Shown: in pieces, positions 11,081 through 25,062 of the stretch
Position numbering within the stretch: the first letter of the stretch is position 1
Layout: each line of letters opens with the position of its first letter
NCBI GenBank assembly: GCA_000934665.2
Contig: KZ538658.1
Coordinates: forward strand, 1 to 56,095
Source: Catajapyx aquilonaris
Taxonomy: Eukaryota
DNA: 56,095 nucleotides
Direction of reading: 5' to 3'
Made by a program: the position numbers and the translations under genes
Notes under the pieces: model-generated
Databases searched by the model: none
The model's input: the letters and a program-made list of their open reading frames with translations, nothing else
Told to the model about the DNA's origin: nothing

Positions 11081-14000
11081 ATGGAGGCGAGAGGAGAAGA
11101 GCAACGCAAAGAATTTGAACGCATGCTTAAAACGAATTACTTGGAAGACAAGGAATTGGTGAAAGGAGACATATGGTGAGTGTCATTAATACTAACAATA
11201 GCACTTATATCAACAGATGTCATATGTAATCCTGCATTTTTATTTTCAGGTACATGTTGAGCAGTCAGTGGTACCAAAAGTGGTTGTCATATGTGGACAA
11301 TAATGATTCAGGTGCTATTCCGGGGCCAATTGATCATAGCTCCATATTGAAAGGTGTGTCTTGAAACCATTGCAAGCAACTTTCCATTCATTGCTAATTA
11401 ATTGCATTTTGTTTTAAACCAATAATACACTGATATTATTTTGTTATCATAAATTTATTATGGCCCAAAGAGGATGGTTCTGGCGATATTAGAGAAGGAT
11501 TGATACCTGGAAGAGACTATACGCAGATTCCAAGGAAAATGTGGGACTTTTTGATAGTGCGATACAGATTAATTCACGGACAACAACCTATCAAGAGGAA
11601 GGTACAGTGAACTAATATGCCTGTTCATTTTATTTGATAGCACCCGTGATAAGCTGAAGGCTTCCTTGGGTTGTATGTTGCAGTGACTTCATGCCATTAT
11701 TTTATGACTACTTCGTTCCCATTTCTTGCATGATGCATACCCATGACAGGTGATTGAGTTCAAAACAAGTGGGCAAAACCGACTTCAGGTTGAAGTATAT
11801 CCAATCCAGGTTAAGTTGTGCCTTAATGTCCACACATGCACCCCAGTCATTCGCAAGTTTAGCCGAGTTGACACGATTGGCAAGTTCATGCGATCCAGTA
11901 ATGATAACACTGCTTTTGGTGATTTTTTTGGCAATCTTTTCAGCTGTGGCTGAGGAGAAAGGTCGGAAAGAGTTTGGCATTCCACATGACGTAGATACAC
12001 GTGTGTTTTACCGATATGCAAACAGCAGTGTCGAACAATTGGTTCGCAAGGATGTGACTATTCAGGAATTGCAACTGTATCCCACTCCGACTCTTATTAT
12101 TAAGATGAGGAATCCAGATGGAAGTTGGCCAAGGGATGATCCCAATTGGTAGAGGAACTTGCGGAATAATTGCAGTAGTTACTAAAATATTAAATTGCTT
12201 CCTGCGCACAGGAACATGGACATTATGGAACAAAATGCTCAACATGTAAAAGAAGATGAAAATCTCTGCCGTTCTGCACTCGAACTGCGACAATACGTGG
12301 TGAAAATGGAGGCCCGACTGAAAACAAACATAGAGCATCAGTTGGAAGCTGGAATTAACTCAACAATAGCACAGATTAAAAAGCTGGAGTTGCTGAGCAC
12401 TAAAGATGAAAGAGCATACATCGGCATGTGGAAGAAGAGTTTGGCGCAAAATTTGGCAGGTACTATTAGACCTCCAAAGACTGTGCAGGGTATTTACAAA
12501 AATAATACGTACCAGCAAACTTCTAATTTAAATCCCAGGTCACTAGAGTTCGTTTTATAAAGAAGTAGGCCAATAATATTTGGTCACAGCTGCATCTTTG
12601 GCCTGTTGAGGCAATTAGTTTTAATTTTTTAAAGTACAGTAGGTCATGTCCCGCACACAGAGCCTGCTTTAATACTTTAATATGTCTTGGCAACTGGTTA
12701 CAGCTGATGATTGCTTGCAATAAAAAAAAAACCTTCACTATAACATTTATATTACGCTTATATAAATGACAAAGCAAACTTACGGTAAAGGTTTTGTGCC
12801 AGGCTCTATAGGATTCTTCTTTAGCCAACCATTTACTTGACGCTAATTACACTGTTCGACAAGGGTAAATTTTCCCGGGTTATGATATGTGTTTCAATAA
12901 GTATTTTTGCTGCTGATTCCAAATCTGTAATTAGAATAATTGTGCTGGCAGGCACAGTGTTTAAGATATACTGCATTTAGTGCAATAAATGCAGTATATC
13001 TCAAACACTGTGTCTGCCAGCACAGTTCTAAGTGCAGATTTGCAATCAGGGAGATAAGTACTATAATAATCACTATTCACATCTTCGGAAAGAGCAAAAA
13101 GGTTTTTTTTTGTCTGACGGCATATCTGCAAAACATGTCTATTATTTTCTCGCGAATCATGCATGACCCAGGCCTCTAACTTTACATACTGAACCTTATG
13201 TCCGTCACAACTAGAGTCACCAAATATGACTTGATGTAACGCAAATACATCACCGAGGTCACAATAATATTCTTGAGCATGTGAATGAGCAAGTGACCAA
13301 TGAAATGCTATAAATATTTATTTTTACATTTTAGAGGAAAACATTACTAATTCCATAGGCTAATTCCACTAACCGAAAAAATTCTTTAAAAAGGCCTCAT
13401 TTTCAGCCATTTCCAGATTTTTGCAAATTTCTTCCTCGTCATCGTATTTCGCAATATGGCTGAATCTTTATTAGCAGCATTACGGAATAGGTGAGCACAT
13501 CTGTGATTATTTTCACCAAGATCCGAGACGGTCTAGCAACATTTAGGCTCACTTGATTCGGCAAAACCCCTAGTAAACAGTTCCAAATTTCAAAACCATA
13601 TATCTCAGAAACTGTCCCTGACAGAAACCTTTTAAGCAGATATTCGGATTCAGCGCAGAAATTACAATAGGAATCACTATTCACAACTTCAGAAAATAGA
13701 AAAAAGTGTAATTTTGTAGGACAGTGTTATCTCAACTGTAACTATAGGATGGTCCAACCATGTGGAACTTTATGTATAATCCTCACAGCCACTAGTGACC
13801 TGGACTTACGTACATGAGCTTGTTGGTTGAATTAATAAACACCCTGCGTAACTGCTAAAATCAATTAGAAATGTGCAATGTAATTTAATTATGCAATTTG
13901 ACATTTCCCAGAAATGCAAGATCAGTGGACCAAATTACCCAAAATCTTGCTGAAAGAAACGGGATCGCTGCGAGAACATGTATCAGCTGTTGAGAAGAGC

Positions 14001-15686
14001 CACAAGGCAGCGCTGCAGTTGCTCGAGTCCAATGCAAAGTCACAGATTAGGAAAGCCAGAGAATCTGTCTTGAATAAGTTCCAAGAGGTTGCTGACTCAG
14101 ACCTTGAATGCAGCATTTGCAAGGAAATTATTATACAGGTTTTATGGTTTTATTGATTTCTGTGTGTTTTGTATATTAGTGCAACCTTTGAAAACTGGAA
14201 TTTGTTTACTAGAGCCATCACTTTTAAACATTCATCACCAACAATAACTACAGCGACCATAAATATTGTCAATGGCAAATCATTGATGCATTGCATAAAA
14301 TATATACTATGTGGGTTGTTTCATAAGTCATGCCGCGTATTTTTTAAATTCAAAAACGGTAACACATACAGAGATGACCTTTGCTGAGTTTTGAAGCTAC
14401 GGTGATTACAATTTGATCTGGCATATAGATGTCACCCAGATCGCGGTGGAGGCAGGGAAACAATAGGGGATCGTGACTCCCCCACCGCACCATCGCCCTA
14501 AGAATTAAGGCCTGAACCTGACGTGCTTGGAGCTGTTGGACGCTGTATGGTGCAGGACACTCGGAGATGGACAACACTGTAGCTTGCTTTCGAGTGTGGG
14601 ACAAGTCAGAGCACTATGCTGAGGACTCTGCAAGACTGAAAAGTCTCAGGAAGTTGGCATCCTCAATGGTTCCTCACCATCTCTTTGAGGTGCAAAAGTG
14701 CCACCATTTCGCCTTCGCTTGGAACTCGATCGCATTGCTGAGGGTGATGGTTTTTTTCAAATGGTTTGTGGCGATGGATGACACATGCCTCCGGTTATAG
14801 TGCTCGAAAGCAAGCTCCAGTGTTGTCCATCTCCAAGTGTCCTGCATGCAGAGTCCAACAGCTCCAAGCGTGTCAGGCTCGGCCCTTCTTAGGACGATGG
14901 TGCTGTTGGCGGGTCACGATCCCTTTTGTTTCCCTGCCTCCCCCGCGATGTGGGCGACATCTATAAGCCAGATCAAATTGTAATCGCAGGAGCTTCAAAA
15001 CTCAGCAAAGGTCATTTCTGTATACCGTATTTGAATAAAAAAAAATACGCGCCATGACTTATGAAACAACCCAAGAAGGCCTATAATAGGCCTACTTGGG
15101 TTGTTTCATAAGTCATGTCATGGTGTCATTGTTAATAATTAACAATGACACCATGACATGACTAGATTCTAGTGTAATTGGTAAAAATGGGAAGGCCATT
15201 TCAAGGCTAGGGGGATTTCAGTACTGTATTTTATTTGTTAACATTGCGTGCTTTCTTTGCTAAATAATAACAGGTGATAATAACTGGTCTATTCTTCACC
15301 TGCAGGCGGTAACTCTAAACTGTGGTCACTCCTTTTGCGAGTATTGCCTTAATATGTGGAGAGAACGGGCTCCTCAATATGACTGTCCGTTGTGCAGGAA
15401 GCCGGTCGAGACATGTGTCAGATCTGTCATGATTGACAGCTTCATTGAGAATTTTATTGATGCACTTGGTGACAATGAAATTAAGACAAACAGAAACGAT
15501 CTGAGGGCTGCACGTTACAATGCAGGTAAGTGGCATATAGCAATCTTCACATGGCATGCAAGCAATATTTTAAAGGGAAACTTTAAAAACATTTAAAGGT
15601 ACTTAAACCACATAGGCTTACTTTTTGCTTCCTGGTATCAGTATTAAAACATTTTATTTGCAGGCCCAGAGGAAAATGAGAATTAA
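11081..15686 (+). CDS. DUSP-UBL + coiled-coil + RNF8-type RING chimeric E3 ligase, paralog 1 (~460 aa; exons 11081-11175, 11250-11353, 11471-11601, 11750-11879, 11944-12148, 12212-12459 or 12489, 13912-14138, 15306-15525, 15664-15686)
   Basis: Spliced frame is open. USP15-like motifs: KGDIWY, WYQKWLSY, PGPIDH, GQQPIKRK, VEVY, FSRVDTI, NPDGSWPR. RING: DLECSICKEIIIQAVTLNCGHSFCEYCLNMW...CPLCR. Intron 4 uses a GC donor. Confidence 0.85.
12840..13740. mobile_element. Second copy of the unclassified element family at 8860-10770 (intron 6 of paralog 1)
   Basis: Shared sequence blocks with the 9.1-9.4 kb and 10.4-10.77 kb regions. Confidence 0.5.
14312..15073. mobile_element. Foldback MITE with ~270 bp TIRs, inside the RING-splitting intron of paralog 1
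   Basis: tgggttgtttcataagtcatg... at the left and ...catgacttatgaaacaaccca at the right, with arms complementary throughout. A partial TIR copy and small hairpin follow at 15095-15162. Confidence 0.85.
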
Positions 15687-15762
15687 GGATCACTGGATGA
15701 AGCCTAATGAATATTGTTGTGCCATCTACAATTGCATGATAAATGTAATTACATACTTATGC

Positions 15763-15934
15763 ATAGCGTTGGATTTCCCACTAGGCAGAGTAGGCAATTG
15801 CCTAGGGGTGGCCGCAAGCTGGAATATAATTTTTTTAAATAAAATAAAACAAAGGCGGCGACATACTTAGGGATGGGGGGCGGGGATCTCAACTGCCTAA
15901 GGGTGGCCAGGGGGTGGGTGGTAAATCCAGCGCT
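15763..15934. mobile_element. Small TIR element in the 3' region of paralog 1
   Basis: agcgttggatttcccac ... gtaaatccagcgct inverted ends; internal tgcctaggggtggcc repeat. Confidence 0.5.
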
Positions 15935-16316
15935 GTGTATACATAGGATTCCAACTCTACTTTTAAATCATACTTGCTGTATTACTGCTCTATTACTGCT
16001 TAACCATCCTTCCTGGAACGTCAGATAAAGATGGCTTTCGCTTGGCATTTCCTTTTTTAAATTTTTGAGCACGAATACAGACTTTCCATTCGCCCTGCTA
16101 TCCCGTACCATGAACTAGATCAGGAGGTTATTTGATACAGCTACAAAAGAAGAGCAATTTGTAGTATACTAGTCAAAAAACAATGAAAGCCCAAAATACG
16201 AACACCTAATATTGTTTTATTTAATCACAGTGTAACTGTAGCAGGAGAATATATGGCCCTTGTCGCTTAATGTTATAGTGGCATTGGGAATTTCCAAAGC
16301 CTTTATTTGTCTTGCT

Positions 16317-19179
16317 TTATTTAGGATGACCTGAAAATTTTCAGTAGCATTAATGACAAAGATGCACACATTATTATTGTCATAATAATTTATGAATTAC
16401 ACAGAAGTGAATGTTGCACTCAACAATGTAACGTACGATTCTCCCTCTCCTCCACCATGCATTTTCTTCTCTCCTTTTGATCAGAAGGCAGTCGACTGAC
16501 CATATCCTCAATAAGGCCATCTATTACTAGGGAAGATATTGCACTAGTGATCTTTCTTCTGCACAGGGGACATTCGGCACTCTTGGAACGCCACTGTGAC
16601 AAACAGTGGCAGCAGAATGTATGGGAACAGTTGATAGTAGTTGCCTAAATTAAAGGGTAGGAGTCATGATGGGTACACATGTACAGCACCAGGCTGAAAC
16701 ATGAAAATGTCCAAATTGACCTTTACAAATAGCTCACTGCATATGCTACATTGCAAGTGACATTCTATCAAGTTTTCTTCTTGGCTGTGAGAAGACGTCG
16801 CAGAAGCACTTTGGTTGTTGCCATCCAACATGCCACTTTCTGCAACACTTTCATTGTCGAACATCATATCCATATGCATTGCATTGAGCTGTATTTGAAG
16901 ACTATCCAGTTTACACATCAGCCATTCTATATGTTCACTGCTTCCTCCTCTTTCAAGCTCAGCTGTAAGTAATAATCAACAGTGCGCTAATATAGTAGAA
17001 TCATTGGTCACTTTGGCATCAACATAAATGTGGTGAAATCTGTCTACTAGAAAACATGGACACACTGGAAAGTTGTCCCTTACTCAACTTATATTTTGGT
17101 CCCTGGATAGGTTTTTAAAAGCATATACCAGGGTGTAGGCTGTGACTTGGGACATGCTTCTAGGCATCTAGGGTGTGTAGGGGAAGCAATTTGAGATTGG
17201 ACACCCGTAGTCAGAAACTCATCCCTACGGAGTCATCCCATTGTTGTAACAATCCATTATTGTTGTGTTTTCCATTGTGCTCCTTGTTTAGTTGTTATAA
17301 ACAATTTCATCCAAAAATTGAAATATTGTTACAAGAATGGACCTTTGAGGCTTTCTCTCCTTTGTGATGGGTTTCCAACCATGGGTGTCCAATCTCAAAT
17401 TGCTTCTCTAGGCAGCCCCTACACATCCCAGAAGTCTCTCCCAAATTACAGCCTACACCCTGTATAGAGCATGTCGCACAACAGAAATAAACCTGTTCTG
17501 TACATGGAATAATTTCCCTGTAGAGGTTTCTCCGAAAGTACAATCAGCACAAAAATGATAAAATTAATAAACATATTTGAACCCAGATTGTTTTCGTATG
17601 ATTAATTAAATAATGTAATAACTGACTGCATAAAACATAATATTGCCATGTCCTAACCTCAGTCAACCTTACATCATTACATTCAACGCTTTTCGTTGAA
17701 TTCAATTGCAATAGTCTTGACCATCCAATGATACTTTACTTTTCCCTAAAATAGGCATATACCTGTATGACCACATACTCTTCAAACCCACCATTGAGCG
17801 TTTGTTCTAGTTGAAGTTTCTCATTCTCTAACGTGGACATCTTGAGGGCTTCTTCCAGTCCAGTATCTTCAGGCTGATTATGTTGCTGCTTTACCGTTAA
17901 ATTACCATCGCTAATTTGGTTGTTCCTTAAACCGGATGCAGAGGTGGTGCTATCATCCAGTTCATCAATGGGCCAATTTCCATGTTGGTTTTGAGTTTCA
18001 ATGACAACCACGTCACCAGACTCCACGCCTGAGTAATATGCCCAAAAATTATCATCATCTGAATTATATTCACTGAAGTTATCGCAGGAATTTGAATTTT
18101 GTAACTTCCAGATGCGAATCACTACATCAGATGGTATGTTGAAGGTAACTCTTGCCTCGTCCTTAATTTTTCCTGGGAAAATAGTTAACGAATGACTGTG
18201 TGAGTGATCCTATAATGACACGAATGACAAGTCAGACAAAATATATGGAAGACAGTATTTCACTTACTGATGGTGTCTGTCTTACTAAATTCTTTTGAAA
18301 CTCTGAATTCTTCTCTCCCATACAGGCATAGGAAGATCTTCATTAGGTATACCTCTACTTCTCTACAAAGCTTGCCATAGAGTCCTATTTCGATAACCTA
18401 AAAATAATCATATCTAATGTGTTATTAATAGAGCAATCAGTCCATAAAGCCACAAAAAAGATATCGAGGGAATGTCTGGACAATTTACACTTGCTTTTCT
18501 GATAATTGGCGATTCCCCCGCATTCAGGCCATACCATGACACCAATTGATCCCATTGTACTTTTGTCAGTAACTTGTAATGAATGTCCTGTTCCAGATCT
18601 TCCTTCATATCTCCACTTTCTAAAAATGATAAGAGGAATAGAAATGCAAATCATTGGGTCACCGACATTTTTTTATTAATAAAGCCAAACCATATCACAT
18701 GAATGAATGCGATTAGATCTTGAGAATTATTTCTAATGGCATGCAACTGGAAGGTAATTTGAACGTGTAGGGAAGCTAACCTGTGATAATGCTTAAGTTG
18801 CTGACTGGTCCCGGCCTAAGAGACATCCTCACTTGGTCTCCCCGAGAATCCACAGATTCCAAACTGATAAATCGTTTCCACTTGTTCCACCATTCCAAGC
18901 TCAGCACATACCTTTTATAACGAAGTACTGTTGATCATGACTTGACTTCAGCGATAATTACATACGGTATATTCCTCACCATTCCTCTCCAGGAATGAGA
19001 TGAACACATCTCTGCTGATTCCGAAACCATTCTCGTTGATCTGACAGACATAAATCCAAATGTACAGATCCTTGCATCACCCCTGACTGCACTCCTGTTG
19101 CCATTCTAATTTCTAAATGAAGCCCATATCTCACATTATCGCATGAACTCATGAAACCTTTACTCTCTGATACTCGCAT
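16317..19179 (-). CDS. DUSP-UBL + RNF8-type RING chimeric E3, paralog 2 (~450-476 aa; exons 19179 or 19104-18980, 18911-18781, 18619-18495, 18397-18268, 18172-17792, 16962-16721, 16644-16437, 16330-16317)
   Basis: PGEEWYVLSLEWWNKWKRF, PGPVSN, WYGLNAGESPIIRK, EVEVY, FSKTDTI, QHGNWP; HLQCSICSELFVK|ATTINCSHTFCCHCLSQW...CPLCR. Exon phases are all compatible. Without the last micro-exon the stop is at 16420. Confidence 0.82.
17129..17462. mobile_element. MITE in intron 5 of paralog 2
   Basis: cagggtgtaggctgt ... acagcctacaccctg TIRs, plus an internal inverted block gcaatttgagattggacaccc. Confidence 0.8.
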
Positions 19180-19325
19180 CTTATCAATGTTGACACATGC
19201 GTCAAAAGCTGCTAGTGCCAGTGGTTTCCAACCTTATACCAACTGCAACCCCCTAAACATGTTTCCATAAATGTGCGACCCCCCCCCCCCCCNCCCCCAT
19301 TTCTCCCCTCCCCGGGCCTCAGGGT

Positions 19326-19500
19326 GACACGGTGGTGTAGTGGTTAACGCCACAGCCTTCCACCTCTATGGTCCCGAGTTCGATCCCCGCGTCGCGTCGG
19401 ACGGAGGACACTTATGTGGAAGAGTTTCGATTGGTTCTCGCCGTGTTTGCGTGGATTTTCTCGGGGTTCTCCCGTTTCCTCCCACTACCAAAACCCATCA
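19326..19500 (+). mobile_element. tRNA-derived SINE-like fragment
   Basis: ggtggtgtagtggttaa A-box and gagttcgatccc B-box, followed by a SINE-type body (gattttctcggggttctcccgtttcctccca). Confidence 0.6.
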
Positions 19501-20423
19501 CACGAATGCCAGATAGCCTTGCCTTGGCACAACCAACAAACCTTAGTCAGGCAGTTGAGACGGAGGAGGCCAGGCTGTCGTGCACAAAGAGGCACACTTG
19601 TCGAAAATGTCAAAATCACTCTTTTTGGCAACAAGTCGTCATAGGTTTGACAAAAGGACGAATTCAACATTTCCATAATTTTACAGGAGAGCGAAAAGAA
19701 ACCTGCAAACCGCTATACAAATACATAAGATGGCGTTTGGATTTTCCGTTCTAACTCTGACGCCACTAGTCTTGTCCCATGTGCTCGTTGTTTTGTCAGA
19801 ATGTGACCCAACACTCTTGATGGTGCTGGCAGAGGCCATAACTAAATTTTGACAAAAAGTCGAATTCATCATTTTGTCAAATTAACGACATTATTAGGTT
19901 ACTTGTAGCAGTTCAACATAGTAGCTACTAAATGGGCTTTCCAGAAGTAAGCCTATATGTATGAATCTGTTCCAAATCCCCTCCCCCTACCCCAAGGCGA
20001 GGTCACAGGGGCCAGAGTCAGCTAAATTTTCCATTGATGAAAATGTGGGTTAAATTCTGAAACACAGAATGTTTAAAAATCAGGGCTACACATTTTATTT
20101 GCATTCTTCCTATACTCACGTATGACATGCACAGAGAGCAGTACAATATACTAGTGGATTTGACGTGCCATCGCACAAGAGAAGGTACTGAATCAATTTT
20201 ATTGGAATTATCATGATTACGTATCTTTCCTCCACATTACATAACTGTGTAACTGTGGAGAACTGTCAGCTAGCTGTCTAGATTGAATCAGATTTGTCGT
20301 CTTCCTATCCCCTTTTTGTCCACAATAATTTGGATGATATAAAATCAGAGTTCACTGGAATAGGGTATTTTGTCAACATGCTGTATAGGTGGCACTTACA
20401 AATTACCCAAGAGGTCCATTTAA

Positions 20424-23338
20424 TTAATCTTCTTCCCTCTCCATAACAATGCACATTCTCCTATCTTGCTCATCACCCGAAAGATTCTTGACGATGTCCT
20501 CTATGAAACCATCTATTACCCGAGAAGGGTAAGCAACTGTGACTCTTGACCTGCATATAGGGCACTCATCCTTTTTCCGCCGCCAAAGCATGATGCAATG
20601 TCGGCAGAAAGTGTGAGAACAGCTTAGAGTCATTGCCTGAAACACAATTAATGTAATTTAGAACTCAGAACAATTGCAGTGCAGTACAAAAACGGTTTGA
20701 AATGTCATTACATGAATAAAAAGCTCATTGCATATGGTGCACTGCATGTGGGTGTTCACAAAGTCGTGAATTTTTTTCCGAGACAATCCTGAAAGATGAT
20801 GTCTATCTTCCTCAGAAGACCCTTTCTTCTGAGCTTCATTTCCACCAACAAGACAATCCAGCTTTGCTTGAACGCACTCCAATTTAGTCATTAAAATCTC
20901 TAGCGTCTCACCTCTTTTATCTTCCTTTCTCTCGAGTTGATCTGTAGAAGACACAAGATCATTATGAGCCATTACCAAACTCACAATCGTAATGCGAAAT
21001 ACGTATTCTACCAGAAGAATTACAGATATGATTTGTTACCATTAATTTTCTTCGCTATGGTACATCGTACGTGCTCCAATCGAGATATTTCTAGAGTATC
21101 TTTCAAGTCATCACTCTCGGTACTGTTTTCAACTTCCACCTCTTCCTCACTTGGCCAAGTTCCCTCTGGGCTTTTGACTTCCACTGCCACTGTGTCTCCT
21201 AAATGGATACCAACATAGTAGGCCCGCAAACCTTTTGGCAAAAGCTGGTACTTTAAAGGAGAATAAGATATTTGCCACAGGCGTGTCTCTGTGTGTTCTG
21301 GGATACCAAATGATCGCTTTGCTTCCTCTTCGATGAATTCTGGAAGACAGTCAGTATTATAGGAGAGTTCTTATCTATTGTGAAAGATAAGAGCAAATGG
21401 TTGTGACTATTACCAACAGTGTCTGCCTTGCTGAAGTACTTATTTTTTCGGTCATTTAGGTTCCTATACCGGCACAATTTTACTTTTAAGGCATACACTT
21501 CCACTTCAGTCCTGTGTTCACCAAAGTCATTGTCGCAGTAAGCCATGTTAATTACCTGAAATAAAATATTTTGTAGTCGTTTGAGTATATAATATTCTGA
21601 CTATAATTATGAGACCTAATTCCAGACCGCCTGCGACATTTTCACCAATACGACCGTAAATATAACAGATGCTGTAAGTGGCATATATTATATTCCAGTT
21701 ACAGCACTTATGGAACCATACAGTCATAATATGGCCCATGAAGGAGAGTGCAATATACAATAGTTTATCATGCCTTGAGATTAAAACTGTCGTTTGAACA
21801 ATGCAATGTAACGGGGTTCAATGGAGTGTTCCCATTATATGAAGCTTTCCAAAAATAACTTAATATTATGCAATAAACCTACTATACCTTCCTAAGGAGG
21901 GGTTGCTCTCCTTCCTTTACACCATACCAATGCACCATTAATTTCCATTGTGACTTGGATATGACCTTAAAGTCCACATCCTGCCTCAATCCTTCCTTAA
22001 GGTCACCATCCTCTGTGGGAGAAAGTATTGGTTATTAAAATACCAATACACAAAATTTACGTAAAATATATGACGAAGTTAACAATGATGCTGTGGAATG
22101 TTAATGAATAATATAATAGTGATATAATTTTACATACAACTTACATATAACTTACCAACATAGTATACCTACATGTAAATTTATTCTTTTACATAATGAC
22201 TATAAGAGAATTGGCTGCAAGAATACTGACCTGTGACAATATCATTATTGCTGACTGGTCCTGGTCCAATAATCCATTTCATGCAATCCAGCATACTGCC
22301 GGAAATATCCAAGCTTATATATTGCTCCCATTTTTTCCACCACTTATTGCTCATTACACACCTGAAATATTGGCAAAAAGTGAATTGAGCCCATGTCACA
22401 TTGTGTCACTCGAGGTACTAAAATACTGTGCGAATTAATTGGGACAACATAAGAACTTTTGTTTTATTTGGTTTTTCTAGATACAATATTCGCGGCTGAC
22501 GGAAGTGACTCCTTGCAAACTGCTCAGGAATGTGACCTTGACCATGCAGGACATATTTGTGATAATTTACTCGTAGTTTATCTGTGGTTTATATGTGGTA
22601 GTTTCATCTTCCTCCTGGCAGATACAACTAAATTCCGAACGAGTGTTAGACACCTGTGTAGATCTACGTGCATAGTTGTCTAGTATAGTGTTGAAAAACT
22701 GAGATTTCATGTAAGAATCGTGCTAAAATTTTAGCCCTTAAAGAAAGCACTTCAATGAGTGTTCGTGATATTTCGGCAGCCACAAGGGTAAGCAAATCTA
22801 GTGTTTCCAGTTTAATGAAAGTCTACAATGAAAGTGGACCAATACCAGCAAAACGAAGGGAGAGATGTGGACAAATCCGTAAAACAACACCAAGAACAAA
22901 AAAGTGGTCATGTCAAAATATACTAAAAATCTTGTAATACAATCATGCATCAAAGGCATGTAATAAATGCGTAAAATTAGGAAATCGAAAGTTGTCCCAA
23001 TTAATACGCACAGTAGGCTACTATACTAAAATAACACAAATAAATGCTAATAAAAATTACATTGCCAATGTCTGTGAACTGTAGATATAACATATCCTTA
23101 AAATCTGCCTGAAGCGTGTGGATGTAGCCAGTGTATTTTGATGTGTGACCTAACTAAGCAGTAGTTAGGGTATGTGCTTATCTGCTTATCACAAAAATTG
23201 CAAAGCTACAACATTTTGGCTAGTTCAATTAAAATTGTCAACAAGGTAATATTCTCACCATTCGTCTCCTGGAAGAAGCTTCCCACGGGCTTGATGAATC
23301 AATTCTTTTTGCGTTCCTAATCCTGTTCCTTCTGCCAT
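20424..23338 (-). CDS. DUSP-UBL + RNF8-type RING chimeric E3, paralog 3 (~406 aa; exons 23338-23259, 22361-22231, 22012-21888, 21555-21414, 21339-21040, 20941-20712, 20636-20424)
   Basis: Starts MAEGTGLGTQKELI...PGDEW (USP15 begins MAEGG...GDTW). WWKKWEQY, PGPVSN, WYGVKEGEQPLLRK, EVEVY, FSKADTV, FGIPEHTETRLW, PEGTWP; HMQCTICNELFIH|AMTLSCSHTFCRHCIMLW...CPICR. All GT-AG, phases consistent. Confidence 0.88.
22424..23015 (+). mobile_element. Deleted Tc1-like element in intron 1 of paralog 3
   Basis: TIRs tactgtgcgaattaattgggacaac / gttgtcccaattaatacgcacagta. Internal HTH remnant MSVRDISAATRVSKSSVS...CGQIRKTTPR. Confidence 0.8.
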
Positions 23339-23988
23339 GGTCAATCTTTTCCAATAAACCTCTCAGCCAGACTGGCCTATAGGCAACTTCAACCTGACTT
23401 CTTATCTTAATCTTATCCTTCCGCATTTCCCCACCCTTAACCAATCAGTGTAATCAGTCATACTGGGGGAAAAACATCTTGTGGTGGAACAACCCTCTCT
23501 CACACGTGCATAGTAAACTACTGTATTGTTAAAGCCTGCCTGATACACTCAATCGGCGGATATTTTAATACTACCGACGTCAAATTTTTACCCAATCATT
23601 CTTCTAATTCCCAATGACGTGGTTCTGTATTCAAATCCCTGGTGGCAGGAACTTACTTGTTATTCCAATATCCCCAAAGCAATATGTTCATTGCAGAATA
23701 GGAAGTTAGATAAACTCGGATCTTCTAGAGTGTGTCAGTTGTACTGCTATCTTACAACACATCCCAGTGAGCACTGCTGCAGCTCCTATTTAGTTTCAAG
23801 CATAACCTTTGTTGCAGGAATCATGGTGGAATCCACAAAATGAGATGAAAAATTATTGTGGGTGCGTTATTTCGAGAAGTCTTTCCTATTATCTAGGAAG
23901 ATATCACACGGACACTAACAAACAGAGTAATGCCTAAGGGAGATAATATGAGTGTCTGTGTGTGTGGGTGTGTGTGTTTATATACAGT

Positions 23989-25062
23989 ACTAGCAGGTTA
24001 CCCGGCGTTGCCCGGGTATGTTGGGGTGCTGGTAAAGATAGGGGTACATATCTGTGATAGATTACCTGCTCGTCTTATAGCGTACAGTCGACACGGATAT
24101 TCTGATTGGATGTGTAAAAGGAGGAATGCGGATGGAGTTGGCCCAGGAAAAGACTGCACAGCCATGTGTTTTTTCCCCTGCATTTTTGACCCCTTGACCC
24201 CCCCCCCCCCCAACCCCACTTCACACCCCCACCTCGTTCCATATGTTTGCTCTGAATAACTTTAGAAATGTACGTACAGATGTATGATGGGAAATTTTGT
24301 TTTCAACACGGAGTAATATTTTGCAAATACTGTATTATTTATAATGGTATTTACTTTGTCTGGAAGTCTACTTTCAAATCCCACAAAATCCCAGAATTAC
24401 CATACGATACGAAGTCACGTGAGGTGGCCAATTAGCGTAATTGGCGGATGCGTTGAATTTACGGAGATGGTTTAATTTGCTAGGTATTGTGGCATAAGGG
24501 CATTTCCTAGGGGAGACAAAGTGGCGCTGCGGAAACGTCGGGTTCGATCCCATCAGCCCGGGGTTCCCGCCTTCATCCCGTGCAGAGTTGGGTCGTCTCT
24601 GGCTTCGTTTTGGGTGGAATCTCCTCAGACTAATCCACCCGGGGGAGTTCACAAAATGTACCGTTTGAGAATTGCACTTGCACCTTGCACATCCCCTCCC
24701 AGTCACCCTGCCCGTGGGCCCGGACGCTACGTCAAAAAGGTTCAATCCAGACGAAATAAAGGTTCCCTCCCTGCGGTACAATTCAGGGAGGTAAATAGCT
24801 AAAAATATATAGGCATTTCCATGGGAATGCAAATTGGTTTATTGTTATTGATGTAAGCTAATTGTTGAGGCAGGAATATGCGTGTTGTGGGAGTTAGGTA
24901 CATTTTCGGAAGCTGAAACATGCGGCGTTAGATTCCTTGGAAAAAGTAACCCCCGATATGCTAATTTAAGGAGGTGTAAGGGCCTTCCCCTGGATTTCTA
25001 TAAGGGACAAACATTGAAACATCCAAACTCACAAACTAACAATCAAGCTTCCTTATTTATAG

